From the IMG/VR virus record IMGVR_UViG_3300032030_000062, positions 9,039-73,038 of that record: DNA of 64,000 bases. The stretch is one strand, 5' to 3'. The notes under the pieces were generated by a model, which saw only the letters and a list, made by a program, of their open reading frames with translations, did no database searches and was not told where the DNA came from. Within the stretch, counting starts at the first letter, position 1. Each line of letters opens with the position of its first letter. A program made the position numbers and the translations under genes. The DNA comes from a virus (lineage: Duplodnaviria; Caudoviricetes). This document shows positions 28,468-38,120 of the stretch, in pieces.

Positions 28468-28855
28468 TTTGGAAAAACTAATTCCGCAATATGCGGCTAA
28501 TAAAAATGAACTTGACAGCTATAAAAAGATTTGCGAAAAGGAAAATGCCAAGATTAAAGAGATCATGAAAAGCTTTGCGCTGGAGCATTTTGAATCCGGC
28601 GGATATAAAGTGACTTATTCTATATCTCCGAGAGAATCTATAGATGAAGAAATGCTTTTGGAAATTATACGAAGAAATCATATCAAAGGAATTATAAAGA
28701 CAAAGGAATATATTGATTTTGACGCATTAGAAAAAGCTATGTATGACGGTAATATTTCAATGGATGTACTGTTAGAAATGGATAAAGCAAAAGAAACAAA
28801 GAATGTGGAAACATTAAGAATAAGTAAAATTAAAGTAGCTAAGGAGGAAAAATAA
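28454..28855 (+). CDS. Hypothetical protein
   Basis: 133-aa ORF overlapping upstream gene; KTKEYIDFDALEKA motif. Confidence 0.7.
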   Translation: MNLTDLEKLIPQYAANKNELDSYKKICEKENAKIKEIMKSFALEHFESGGYKVTYSISPRESIDEEMLLEIIRRNHIKGIIKTKEYIDFDALEKAMYDGNISMDVLLEMDKAKETKNVETLRISKIKVAKEEK

Positions 28856-28950
28856 TGTATATCAATCCGGTTCTTGTAGGTGTTGTTGCTACACTGTTAG
28901 TGGAAATTTGTGTTGCTGTAGTTTATACATATTTTAATGATAGGAGATAA
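28855..28950 (+). CDS. Small membrane peptide (31 aa)
   Basis: MYINPVLVGVVATLLVEICVAVVYTYFNDRR; AGGAGG RBS. Confidence 0.55.
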   Translation: MYINPVLVGVVATLLVEICVAVVYTYFNDRR

Positions 28951-28952
28951 TT

Positions 28953-29153
28953 ATGCAGATTACATCTATTCGTGCCACAAGTCGTGCGTCTATTAAAGTA
29001 CATGATTCATTTTATACCATCGAGTATTGTGAGGAAAGAAGTATTGCTCCTGAAGATAGCATTGAAGAGGAAAGAACAAAACTTTGGGATACATGTAACA
29101 ATGAAGTAGATGGTCAGATTGAAGATATTTTAAAATCTTTCGGAAAGAAATAA
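28953..29153 (+). CDS. Hypothetical protein
   Basis: AGGAG RBS, 66 aa. Confidence 0.7.
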   Translation: MQITSIRATSRASIKVHDSFYTIEYCEERSIAPEDSIEEERTKLWDTCNNEVDGQIEDILKSFGKK

Positions 29154-29169
29154 AATCTTAAAATATTTG

Positions 29170-29198
29170 TTGACAAATAGACTATTATGTTATATAAT
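29170..29198 (+). promoter_or_regulatory. Sigma-A promoter of replication operon
   Basis: TTGACA-17-TATAAT. Confidence 0.8.
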
Positions 29199-29229
29199 AA
29201 TGAAGTCGTAAGAAAGCGACAACAAATAG

Positions 29230-29337
29230 GTTAGCTTGCACCTCCGCCACGGTGCTTGCAATAGTACCTCATATCGGAGTACAGGCTAACAAGAAGTCTA
29301 TACATTTACAGAGTGGCGGCTGTATTTGTATAGACTT
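29230..29337 (+). promoter_or_regulatory. Kissing-loop cis-regulatory RNA upstream of replication initiator
   Basis: Loop CCGCCAC (29244-50) complementary to loop GTGGCGG (29313-19); stems GTTAGC/GCTAAC, GCACC/GGTGC, AAGTCTATAC/GTATAGACTT. Confidence 0.75.
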
Positions 29338-29360
29338 ATTTGTTTTTATAGGAGAATTTT

Positions 29361-30233
29361 ATGAATGGTATATCAAAGCTTCTTAGTACAGATGGATTCA
29401 TACAGGTGAATAAAACATTGATTAAACAAATAGGATTACATGAAGCTATTATTATTGGTGAGTTATGTTCAGAATATAATTATTGGGAAGAACATAATAA
29501 ATTAGAAGATGGTAAATTTTATTCTACCCGTGAAAATATAGAAAATAACACTGGACTAAATGATCATTATCAAAGAAAAGCATTTGCCGTACTTAAAGAT
29601 TTGGGAATCATTGAAATAACTAAAAAGGGATTACCAGCAGTAAATTACTATAAAATAAATTTTGACAAGTTATTAACCACATTAAATTCAAGTAGTTCAC
29701 GAGATGAAGAACAAGACATTCAGGAAATGAACTTAAATAATAATAAACAAACAAAAATAGAAAAACAAGAAAAAGTAGTATCTAAAGATACTACTACAGA
29801 ATTTCAATTTGGCAGTAAACAGAAACAGAAAAAAGAATCTTTATATACCAAATGTCTTAATTTAATTGACAGCTATGATTTTAGTACATGGGGCAATATT
29901 AGAAAGTTACTAATTGATTATCTTAATTATAGATTATCTGTCAAAGAGAAACCGTTATATAGTAATATGTGGAAAGGTATGCTTTCTAAATTAGCAAATT
30001 TATGTGATAATGATATAGACATGTATGAGTCGGTTATTATGCAGAGTATAGAAAGAGGTTATCTTTCATTTTATCCCGTTTCAAATTCTTCTTATAGTAA
30101 AGATTATGATGTAACAAGAGGAAAAGCTTGGGAAGAACATGTAAGTTGTAGACAAGCTACTCCTGAGGAATTAGTTGAACTTGAAAGATTGGATAAAGAG
30201 CGTGAAGCTATGGGATTGAGGACAAGATTTTGA
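29361..30233 (+). CDS. Replication initiator / replisome organiser
   Basis: N-terminal wHTH (IGLHEAIIIGEL, FYSTRENIENNTGL, GLPAVNYYKIN); directly before DnaC-like ATPase. Confidence 0.8.
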   Translation: MNGISKLLSTDGFIQVNKTLIKQIGLHEAIIIGELCSEYNYWEEHNKLEDGKFYSTRENIENNTGLNDHYQRKAFAVLKDLGIIEITKKGLPAVNYYKINFDKLLTTLNSSSSRDEEQDIQEMNLNNNKQTKIEKQEKVVSKDTTTEFQFGSKQKQKKESLYTKCLNLIDSYDFSTWGNIRKLLIDYLNYRLSVKEKPLYSNMWKGMLSKLANLCDNDIDMYESVIMQSIERGYLSFYPVSNSSYSKDYDVTRGKAWEEHVSCRQATPEELVELERLDKEREAMGLRTRF

Positions 30234-30907
30234 AAAATGAAAATTGTTGGTATAAAAGTGTATGTACATATGATTATTGTACAAACTGTATACGATATGC
30301 CGAAATGAAATATTTAATGGATTCAAGTGGTATTCCGAAAAACAGACAGAAGCCCAAAGAACTAATTGCCGGTTCTGATTATGATGCATTTTATAAATTA
30401 AATGATGTTAAGGAAAAAATAGATGAATATGTCAATATAGGCGGATTTAATTTATATATATGCAGTGAAAATACCGGTAACGGTAAAACAAGTTGGGCTA
30501 TAAAGATTCTGTTGAAATACTTTGATAAGATTTGGGCAGGTAATGGATTTAGAGTTAGAGGAATGTTCGTTCATGTTCCCACATTACTTGCAAAATTAAA
30601 AGATTTTGATCATCCAGATCCTTCACTCAAGACATATCGTGAAAATTTAAACAATGCAGATTTAGTTGTATGGGATGATATAGCAGGAGCAAAATTATCT
30701 GATTATGATATTTCGCAGTTGCTTATGATTATAGATAGTCGTATTATAGATGATAAGACAAATATATATACAAGCAATGTAATAACACAAACTGACTTAT
30801 CTAAAGCTGTCGGACCAAGATTAGCAAGCCGTATTTTTAATTGTAGTGCCATAATCGAATTGAAAGGAACTGATAGGCGTCATGGTAGCTTTACAGATAT
30901 TAAATAA
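30230..30907 (+). CDS. dnaC: DnaC/IstB-like helicase loader
   Basis: Zn motif, Walker A TGNGKT, LVVWDD, RLASR. Confidence 0.85.
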   Translation: MKNENCWYKSVCTYDYCTNCIRYAEMKYLMDSSGIPKNRQKPKELIAGSDYDAFYKLNDVKEKIDEYVNIGGFNLYICSENTGNGKTSWAIKILLKYFDKIWAGNGFRVRGMFVHVPTLLAKLKDFDHPDPSLKTYRENLNNADLVVWDDIAGAKLSDYDISQLLMIIDSRIIDDKTNIYTSNVITQTDLSKAVGPRLASRIFNCSAIIELKGTDRRHGSFTDIK

Positions 30908-32183
30908 AATCTTATCCACAAAAGATTATTCTTTGATAGAGAATAATTTATTAACAGTGGATTATTTTGTCGGGTACGAACAGGAATTTGATTTTATTCA
31001 AAATCATGTTAAGCAGTATGGTTCAGTTCCTGATAAAGAAACATTTCTTTCTAAGTTTGACCAATTTGTATTAGTAGATACGACAGAATCGGATAGGTAT
31101 CTAATCGATAAAATTAGGGAAGAATATCTATATTACAAGTCTGTTCCTGTTATACAGAAGGCCGCAGAATTGTTGAAAACAGATTCTAATGAAGCGGCTG
31201 AATATATGATTCATGCGTTGAAAGATTTACAACCTAATTATGCTTTAGGCGGTGTAAATATCATAGCAGATGCGGATGAAAGATATAAGCAATTTCTGGA
31301 ACGTAAAGATCACCAAGATTCATGGTTTTTTACCTGTGGCTTTGAGGAGTTAGATGATTTAATTCATGGCATACAGAGAGAGGAAGAATTATTCGTTATA
31401 TTCGCCCGAACTAATCAGGGTAAATCATGGGTACTTGAAAAGATGTGTACTCATGTTTGGCAGTTAGGATATAATGTAGGATATATTAGTCCTGAAATGG
31501 GAGCGAATAGTGTAGGCTATAGATTCGATACTCTATATAAAAATTTCAGCAATACTGGACTTATGTGGGGTAAAGATGATATAGATGAAAAAGAGTATGC
31601 GGATTATCTAAAAAGTCTAAAAGATACTAAAAATTCCTTTATTGTAGCTACTCCTAATGACTTTGATAGAAAAATAACAATATCAAAACTAAAGAATTGG
31701 ATAACTCAATATAAACTTGATTTGGTAGCTGTTGACGGAATAACCTATATGACAGATGAAAGATATAAAAGAGGTGATAATAAAACTATTACATTGACAA
31801 ATATTAGTGAGGATCTAATGTCATTGTCTATGGAAATGAGAGTGCCAATTCTTATAGTAGTACAAGCTAACAGAGGAGGTGTTGTGCAAGACGATAGTGA
31901 AGGTACACCGGAACTTGAAACGATAAGAGATAGTGATGGTATATCTCACAATGCAAGCAAGGTTATTTCTATACGACAGACAAAAGATGGCATATTAAAA
32001 ATGGAAGTAAAGAAACAAAGATTCGGATCAGTAGGTGGTAAATTAAATTATTCCTGGGATATAAATACAGGATCGTTTGTATTCGTACCTTCAGATGATG
32101 ATGCAGAACCGCAGGAAAGAACCGAGAGAAAAGTTAGGGAAGTAAAGAAGAAATTTAGCGGAGATAAATCAGATGTTTTCTAA
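30882..32183 (+). CDS. dnaB: Replicative DNA helicase
   Basis: ARTNQGKS, SPEM, AVDG, QANR, DSDGI, KQR motifs. Confidence 0.9.
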   Translation: MVALQILNKILSTKDYSLIENNLLTVDYFVGYEQEFDFIQNHVKQYGSVPDKETFLSKFDQFVLVDTTESDRYLIDKIREEYLYYKSVPVIQKAAELLKTDSNEAAEYMIHALKDLQPNYALGGVNIIADADERYKQFLERKDHQDSWFFTCGFEELDDLIHGIQREEELFVIFARTNQGKSWVLEKMCTHVWQLGYNVGYISPEMGANSVGYRFDTLYKNFSNTGLMWGKDDIDEKEYADYLKSLKDTKNSFIVATPNDFDRKITISKLKNWITQYKLDLVAVDGITYMTDERYKRGDNKTITLTNISEDLMSLSMEMRVPILIVVQANRGGVVQDDSEGTPELETIRDSDGISHNASKVISIRQTKDGILKMEVKKQRFGSVGGKLNYSWDINTGSFVFVPSDDDAEPQERTERKVREVKKKFSGDKSDVF

Positions 32184-32394
32184 TGAGATTTGTATGTGGC
32201 TTTGTGCAGTTGATGCTAATAGTAAATTGATTTATGAATGTTCAGATTGTGGAAATATAGTGAGCGATCCTTATAATGAAAATGGTAAAATTAAAATATG
32301 TGAAAAGTGTGGTTTTCCAAAAGTGGGAATATCATATGGTGCTTATTCGGGCGATAATGGAAAAATACACATCGGTCCGTATAAAAATGAATAG
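32173..32394 (+). CDS. Zn-ribbon hypothetical protein
   Basis: CSDC..CEKC. Confidence 0.55.
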   Translation: MFSNEICMWLCAVDANSKLIYECSDCGNIVSDPYNENGKIKICEKCGFPKVGISYGAYSGDNGKIHIGPYKNE

Positions 32395-32642
32395 GAGGAT
32401 GTATTTTGATACTAACAATAGATGATTTAAAACAGATACAGGAAGAAATGGAAGAAGCTGAAATGATGAGGAACTTGCTATGGTCTTATAATTGGGAACA
32501 TGAAGATGCAGGAGATAGAGATTGAAAATTTATATATGGCATAATACAAGAGGAAGTGCAGATCAATATTTTGTTTGTGTTGATGATAGGGTGTTATTTC
32601 AAATTCCAAACTTTATAGGCAGATCAATATTAAGGAGAAAGA

Positions 32643-32825
32643 ATGACTGTTAAAGAACTTATTACTGTATTACTTGATATGGACATGAATAAAGAAATTT
32701 ACATTGAATATCCGACAGATAAAGGATTGATTGTTGGCAACTATTCAAGATTTAATGAATCTGAAAATTTCAATGTTAATGAATATGAACATGGAGTTAT
32801 CATAGGGGTAACAAATGATGTTTAA
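32643..32825 (+). CDS. Hypothetical protein
   Basis: MTVKELI start, AAGGAG RBS. Confidence 0.6.
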   Translation: MTVKELITVLLDMDMNKEIYIEYPTDKGLIVGNYSRFNESENFNVNEYEHGVIIGVTNDV

Positions 32826-32965
32826 TAAATTAAAACGTAAATATAATAAATGGTTAGCATATAAGCATCCATTTCATAGACGTATTTTTGAGATAATACC
32901 ATTATATAATTCTTCATTGTTCTGGTTTTACATGAGTTGGAAAGATAAAAAGTGGAAGTGGGAGA

Positions 32966-34027
32966 ATGATAATTAACGAGGTTCAATTTAATGTTGAGTT
33001 AAATGATATTTTAATTGAACTAAAACATGAGTTAAACGCAAATGGAATTGAGTTACTTTCTAAGATGAAAGAAGGTCCTACTCATATACAGATTCAATGT
33101 CCTTATCATTCTAATGGTCACGAAAGAAAACCTTCTGCCGGAATAAGAAAAGAAGATGGGTTATTCCATTGTTTTGCCTGCGGAGAAGTTCATAATTTAC
33201 AGGAAGTAATATCATATTGTTTTGGATATACAGATGATATTGTAGGATCATTTGGATGGCAGTGGTTATTAAAGAACTTTGTAACGATACAAGTGGAGGA
33301 GAGAAAAGATGTTTATTTGGACTTTGCGAGACATAATTGGTATAATAATGCTAGGAGCACTTGTGGTTTGTATACTGATATTAGGAATTGCAATAGTAGT
33401 GGAGAAGATAAAAGATATATTTCAGAAGAAGAATTAAATAAATATAGATATATACATCCATATATGTACAAGAGAGGATTGACAGATGATGTTATTGAGT
33501 TATTTGATATTGGCTTTGATCGTGATAATCAGTGCCTCACTTTTCCTGTCCGTGATATTAGCGGGAATTGTTTATTTGTTGCTCGGCGCTCTGTCAAGAC
33601 TAAATTTTTTAATTACCCGGAAGGAGTAGAAAAACCACTATATGGATTGTATGAGTTATATACATACGGAATGGCTTATGCAGTAAATGGACGAGGTTCT
33701 ACTAAACGAGGCCCTTTATTTACAGAGGTTATTGTATGTGAATCTATGTTAGACGCATTATCATTCTGGACAATAGGTAGATATGCGGTAGCGTTGAACG
33801 GACTTGGAAATGAATTGCAATTTAAGCAGTTAAGAGAATTACCTTGTAGAAAGATAATACTTGCAACAGATATGGATGAAAGAGGATTAGCGGCGAGAAA
33901 AAGAATAAAAGCGAATTTACATAATACAAAGATTATAACAGAATATATATTTCCAAAAGGAAGAAAAGATGCAAATGAATGTACAAAAGAAGAACTGATG
34001 AATTTAGAGGAGGTGTTAGTTTATTGA
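32966..34027 (+). CDS. dnaG: DNA primase (CHC2 Zn finger + TOPRIM)
   Basis: CPYH..HCFAC, CESMLDALS, ATDMDERG, KDANE. Confidence 0.9.
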   Translation: MIINEVQFNVELNDILIELKHELNANGIELLSKMKEGPTHIQIQCPYHSNGHERKPSAGIRKEDGLFHCFACGEVHNLQEVISYCFGYTDDIVGSFGWQWLLKNFVTIQVEERKDVYLDFARHNWYNNARSTCGLYTDIRNCNSSGEDKRYISEEELNKYRYIHPYMYKRGLTDDVIELFDIGFDRDNQCLTFPVRDISGNCLFVARRSVKTKFFNYPEGVEKPLYGLYELYTYGMAYAVNGRGSTKRGPLFTEVIVCESMLDALSFWTIGRYAVALNGLGNELQFKQLRELPCRKIILATDMDERGLAARKRIKANLHNTKIITEYIFPKGRKDANECTKEELMNLEEVLVY

Positions 34028-34451
34028 TATTCCTAGATGTTAATATGCCAGAAAATACGTTTGAGTGCCAATTTTTAGAGGAAGATTGCGAAACCAATGA
34101 GTTGTATTGTTATTTCAAGTCAGCTAGTGGTGAATCTGGACACTGTGTCGGCTTATGTGCGAAAGGATGTCCTATAATACCTTCTGTGAAAGGAGAGATT
34201 TTCTAAATTCAGATTTTCATGATACTGATGAAGTGGATAGAGGTTATGTTGATGCAGTTAAAATATCATTAAAAAATGGTAGGACCTACAATGTAAAAGA
34301 ATCGTATACGGAAATTATGCGTATGATAACGAGAGGAGAATATTAAAAAAATGTCATTAGATGATTATTTTGATTTACTGGAAGAACAGCATAATCATGA
34401 TGTAATTTTATCGCCATCAAGAATTGAAGTTATTATTGAGGATAGTAAGTA

Positions 34452-34640
34452 ATGAAAAAAGATTGTTATTTTTATGACGAATTATCAGGAATATCAACGT
34501 GTAAGTATTATTGTGGACTCGGATATTGTCCGTGTATTGATTGTAAAAAATATGTCAGTGAATCGGATGTATATGAATTGATTAAAACTATTGTTGAAAC
34601 GGCAGAACGATGTGAGGAAGAATCAGATGAAAGTGAGTGA
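34452..34640 (+). CDS. Cys-rich hypothetical protein
   Basis: 62-aa ORF with six Cys in N-terminal half. Confidence 0.5.
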   Translation: MKKDCYFYDELSGISTCKYYCGLGYCPCIDCKKYVSESDVYELIKTIVETAERCEEESDESE

Positions 34641-34845
34641 TTTTTATGACTGGTCTCCATGTTTAGTCATTGCAAGCAGATCAATAAAAAATAGATTGCA
34701 TATGATTAAAGTGTATGCGGATTTTGAAAAAGATAGTTTAAAATACAAGGTCGTTTCTTATAATATAGCAGATAGTAAACACATATTATATGCAGAGGTA
34801 TTTTATACGCTTGATCAGGCATTGAAATGCTATGAAAAATTATAA
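34627..34845 (+). CDS. Hypothetical protein
   Basis: ATG overlapping upstream gene. Confidence 0.5.
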   Translation: MKVSDFYDWSPCLVIASRSIKNRLHMIKVYADFEKDSLKYKVVSYNIADSKHILYAEVFYTLDQALKCYEKL

Positions 34846-34853
34846 AAAATAAG

Positions 34854-34882
34854 TTGACATATATAGTATTATGTACTATAAT
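34854..34882 (+). promoter_or_regulatory. Sigma-A promoter of SSB-polA-glycosyltransferase operon
   Basis: TTGACA-17-TATAAT. Confidence 0.8.
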
Positions 34883-34924
34883 AAAAGAGTCGAGATAACG
34901 ACAGTATAAAAAGAAAGGAGATAT

Positions 34925-35119
34925 ATGCAGAAAAGACGAATAACTTTGCCAGAGGCAAAAAAAATGGTAGCCGACAACAAAGAGAATACCAGATTCTTTG
35001 ATGGATCATTTAAGGTTGACAAGTTGTATAATATTTTCATCAAAGATTTTACCGATGAGGAATGTAAAGTAATAATTGCTTCCCTTCGATTAGCTGGTGC
35101 AAAATTTAACTACAGTTGA
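34925..35119 (+). CDS. Hypothetical protein
   Basis: AAAGGAG RBS, 64 aa. Confidence 0.65.
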   Translation: MQKRRITLPEAKKMVADNKENTRFFDGSFKVDKLYNIFIKDFTDEECKVIIASLRLAGAKFNYS

Positions 35120-35132
35120 AAAGGAGAAAAAT

Positions 35133-35804
35133 ATGGCACGATTTAACACTGAAACCGCTGATAAGTATGGTGGACAGGGAGGAACAGGATATTTCTCACT
35201 GAAGAACGATAAAGATACAGCACAGGTCAGATTTATGTATAACTCCATTGATGATGTAGAAGGTTATGCAGTTCACACTGTCGATATTGATGACAAGAAA
35301 CGGTATGTGAACTGTCTTAGGGAATATAATCAGCCAGTAGACGTTTGTCCTTTCTGTAGAGAAAAGAAACAGACTGCCGCAAAGCTGTTCATTCCTATTT
35401 ATAATATTGATGAGCAGAGAGTGCAGTTTTGGGAGAGGGGGAAGAAATTTGTTTCTAAAATTTCTTCTATTTGTTCTCGTTATCCAAATGTTGTTTCTCA
35501 TGTATTTGAGATTGAGCGAAACGGTAAAAAGGGAGAACAGACTACTACTTATGAGATTTATGAAATAAAACAGGATGATACAAAGCTTGAGGATCTTCCT
35601 GAAGTAAGTGATCCGCTCGGTTCAGTTATTTTAGATAAGTCGGCAGACGATATGGAATTTTTCCTCGATAACGGATATTTTCCACCAGATGATGAAGATA
35701 TGCCTGTTAGACGCAGATCAAGTCGTAATGAGACTGAGGATGATAGAGAAGAGGAACATGTGTCAAGAAGAACACCAGCAGGTACGAGAAGAGATAGATT
35801 TTAA
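35133..35804 (+). CDS. Single-stranded DNA-binding protein (gp32-like)
   Basis: GYFSLKND..AQVRF, H..C..CP.C Zn motif, acidic/basic tail; precedes polA. Confidence 0.75.
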   Translation: MARFNTETADKYGGQGGTGYFSLKNDKDTAQVRFMYNSIDDVEGYAVHTVDIDDKKRYVNCLREYNQPVDVCPFCREKKQTAAKLFIPIYNIDEQRVQFWERGKKFVSKISSICSRYPNVVSHVFEIERNGKKGEQTTTYEIYEIKQDDTKLEDLPEVSDPLGSVILDKSADDMEFFLDNGYFPPDDEDMPVRRRSSRNETEDDREEEHVSRRTPAGTRRDRF

Positions 35805-35816
35805 TAACGGAGAAAA

Positions 35817-38120
35817 GTGATGGCGCTATTTAATGTTCCAAAACGTCCGGGAAGAGAACAAGATACAGCTATTGCAACAAAATCAAAGTCCAAAGTAAAA
35901 GCACCCACTACTGTAAAAGGTAGTGGTCTGCTTGGACAGATAAATCAGATTAAAGCAATGGTTGAAAAATATCTTGGCAAATATAAAGATGATTATATAG
36001 TTATACAAGATGTTGTATCATTAGATGAATATTTTGCCAAATGTATACAGAATCGAGTTATATCCGTAGATACAGAAACGACTGGTCTTGATCCTATATT
36101 AGATAAGATTGTTGGTTTATGTATTTATACTCCAGGTCAGCCAGCCGCATACGTTCCAATAAATCATGTGTCGTATGTGACTGGTGTGAGAGTTGATAAT
36201 CAGTTGACAGAGCAGGAAGTTGCGACTAGTTTAAAAATTCTATTAGATTTTCATCCAGATATTATTATGTTTAACGCCAAATTTGATATGAGAGTTATTC
36301 GTAATCAATTAGGTGTTAAAGATATATATTGTACATGGGATGCTTATTTAGCTGGTAGACTCCTTAATGAAAATGAAGAATCAAAAGGACTTAAAGCATT
36401 ACATCAGAAATATGTACTTGATGGAAAAGAAGATGAATTTAAGTTTGATGCTTTATTTAAGGGCATAACAGCAGATAAAATTCCCATCAATACATTCTAT
36501 CTTTATGCGGCTCATGATGCTATTATCACATATGAACTGTATCAATATCAGAAGCAGTATTTGTATTATGATCCTACAGTAACGCCAGAAGCAAGAAATG
36601 GAATGAACGGTGTGTCGTGGGTATTCTTCAATATAGAAATGCCTTGCATTAAAGTAGTTTGCGATATGGAAGATAACGGAGTAAAGTTTGATTTTGATTA
36701 TCAGCAAAAGTTATCGGAGAAGTATAACAGACTATTAGAAGAAAAAACACAGGAGTTTTATAACGTATGTTCTGCTTATGATGAGGAGATAGAGGAGTAT
36801 AAAAAGAAAAATCCGAATCATAAACTTGATACTCCTATCAATATCGGAAGTCCTACACAGATTGCAATTCTTCTTTATGATATTATGCAGATTGAACCAC
36901 CTGATCCTAAGAGTCCGAGAGGAACAGGAGAAGCAATATTACAGAAGATCGATAGTCCAATAGCAAAAGCAATATTAGATTATCGTGAAATGTCCAAACT
37001 TGTTTCTACTTATATTGATAAACTTCCTAATTGTGTAAATCCGAAAGATGGAAGAATACATTGTAGTTTTAATCAGTATGGAGCAGATACGGGAAGATTC
37101 AGTAGTTCAGACCCCAATCTTCAAAATATTCCATCACATAATAAAGACATTAGAAAAATGTTTGTAGCATCTGATGGATATGTTTTAATGTCCTCTGATT
37201 ACAGTCAGCAGGAACCGAAGGTCATGACACAGATGTGCGGTGATCCTAAGATGATTAAAGCATATCAAGAAGGGAAAGATTTATATGCAGAAATTGCCGC
37301 TTTGTCTTTTAACACAACCTATGAGAATTGCCTCGAATTTAGACCGGACGGTACAACTAACCCTGACGGTAAATCTCGCAGAAGTCAAGCAAAATCAATT
37401 TTGCTCGGAGTGCTTTATGGAAGAGGTGTGCCAAGCATTGCAGAACAGCTTGGAACCACTACCAAAAAAGCACAAGCAATAAAAGATTCCGTATTTAAAG
37501 GATTTCCGGCAATACCGAAGTTTGAAGAAGATAGTTTGGATATGGCTTATGAAAAAGGATATGTTACTACCCTGTGGGGTAGAAAAAGAAGATTGCCCGA
37601 TTTACAGTTGCCCGAGTATGAATTTAAATGGAAAGACGGAACAAGACCTGATGCAGATTTGCTTGACTTTAGCGAGGAAGAATCTGAGAGTGAAGTTTAC
37701 GTGCCAGATGAATTACAGCAGAAGTATATCAGAAGATTAAGACAAGCATATTTTGGACAGAAAAGAAAAATCTTTGAAGAAGCTAACAAAGAAGGAATTT
37801 GGGTTATTGATAATACAATGAAGATTGCAGATGCCCAAAGACAATGTGTAAATGCAAGAATCCAAGGATCAGCCGCAGATATGAGTAAGTTAGCAATGAT
37901 TTTAGTCGGAAATGATGAAAGATTAAAAGAATTAGGATTTAGACTTCTTATACCTGTACACGATGAATTGATAGCAGAATGTCCAGAAGAGAATGTAAAA
38001 GAATGTTCTGAAAGATTTGCTATGCTTATGGCAAAAGCGGCAGAGAGTAGATTAACAATTCCCATTAAATGTGATGTAGAAGTCACAAGAGAATGGTATG
38101 GAGAATCTATTTATGAATAA
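35817..38120 (+). CDS. polA: Family A DNA polymerase (3'-5' exonuclease + polymerase, no 5' nuclease)
   Basis: DTETTG, FNAKFD, YAAHD exonuclease motifs; TGRFSSSDPNLQNIP, DYSQQE, RSQAKSILLGVLYG, VHDE. Confidence 0.97.
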   Translation: MMALFNVPKRPGREQDTAIATKSKSKVKAPTTVKGSGLLGQINQIKAMVEKYLGKYKDDYIVIQDVVSLDEYFAKCIQNRVISVDTETTGLDPILDKIVGLCIYTPGQPAAYVPINHVSYVTGVRVDNQLTEQEVATSLKILLDFHPDIIMFNAKFDMRVIRNQLGVKDIYCTWDAYLAGRLLNENEESKGLKALHQKYVLDGKEDEFKFDALFKGITADKIPINTFYLYAAHDAIITYELYQYQKQYLYYDPTVTPEARNGMNGVSWVFFNIEMPCIKVVCDMEDNGVKFDFDYQQKLSEKYNRLLEEKTQEFYNVCSAYDEEIEEYKKKNPNHKLDTPINIGSPTQIAILLYDIMQIEPPDPKSPRGTGEAILQKIDSPIAKAILDYREMSKLVSTYIDKLPNCVNPKDGRIHCSFNQYGADTGRFSSSDPNLQNIPSHNKDIRKMFVASDGYVLMSSDYSQQEPKVMTQMCGDPKMIKAYQEGKDLYAEIAALSFNTTYENCLEFRPDGTTNPDGKSRRSQAKSILLGVLYGRGVPSIAEQLGTTTKKAQAIKDSVFKGFPAIPKFEEDSLDMAYEKGYVTTLWGRKRRLPDLQLPEYEFKWKDGTRPDADLLDFSEEESESEVYVPDELQQKYIRRLRQAYFGQKRKIFEEANKEGIWVIDNTMKIADAQRQCVNARIQGSAADMSKLAMILVGNDERLKELGFRLLIPVHDELIAECPEENVKECSERFAMLMAKAAESRLTIPIKCDVEVTREWYGESIYE

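Noticed and set aside
29740-29840. Replication origin inside the initiator gene
   Set aside because: A-rich runs are present but I could not define discrete iterons; not supportable from sequence alone.
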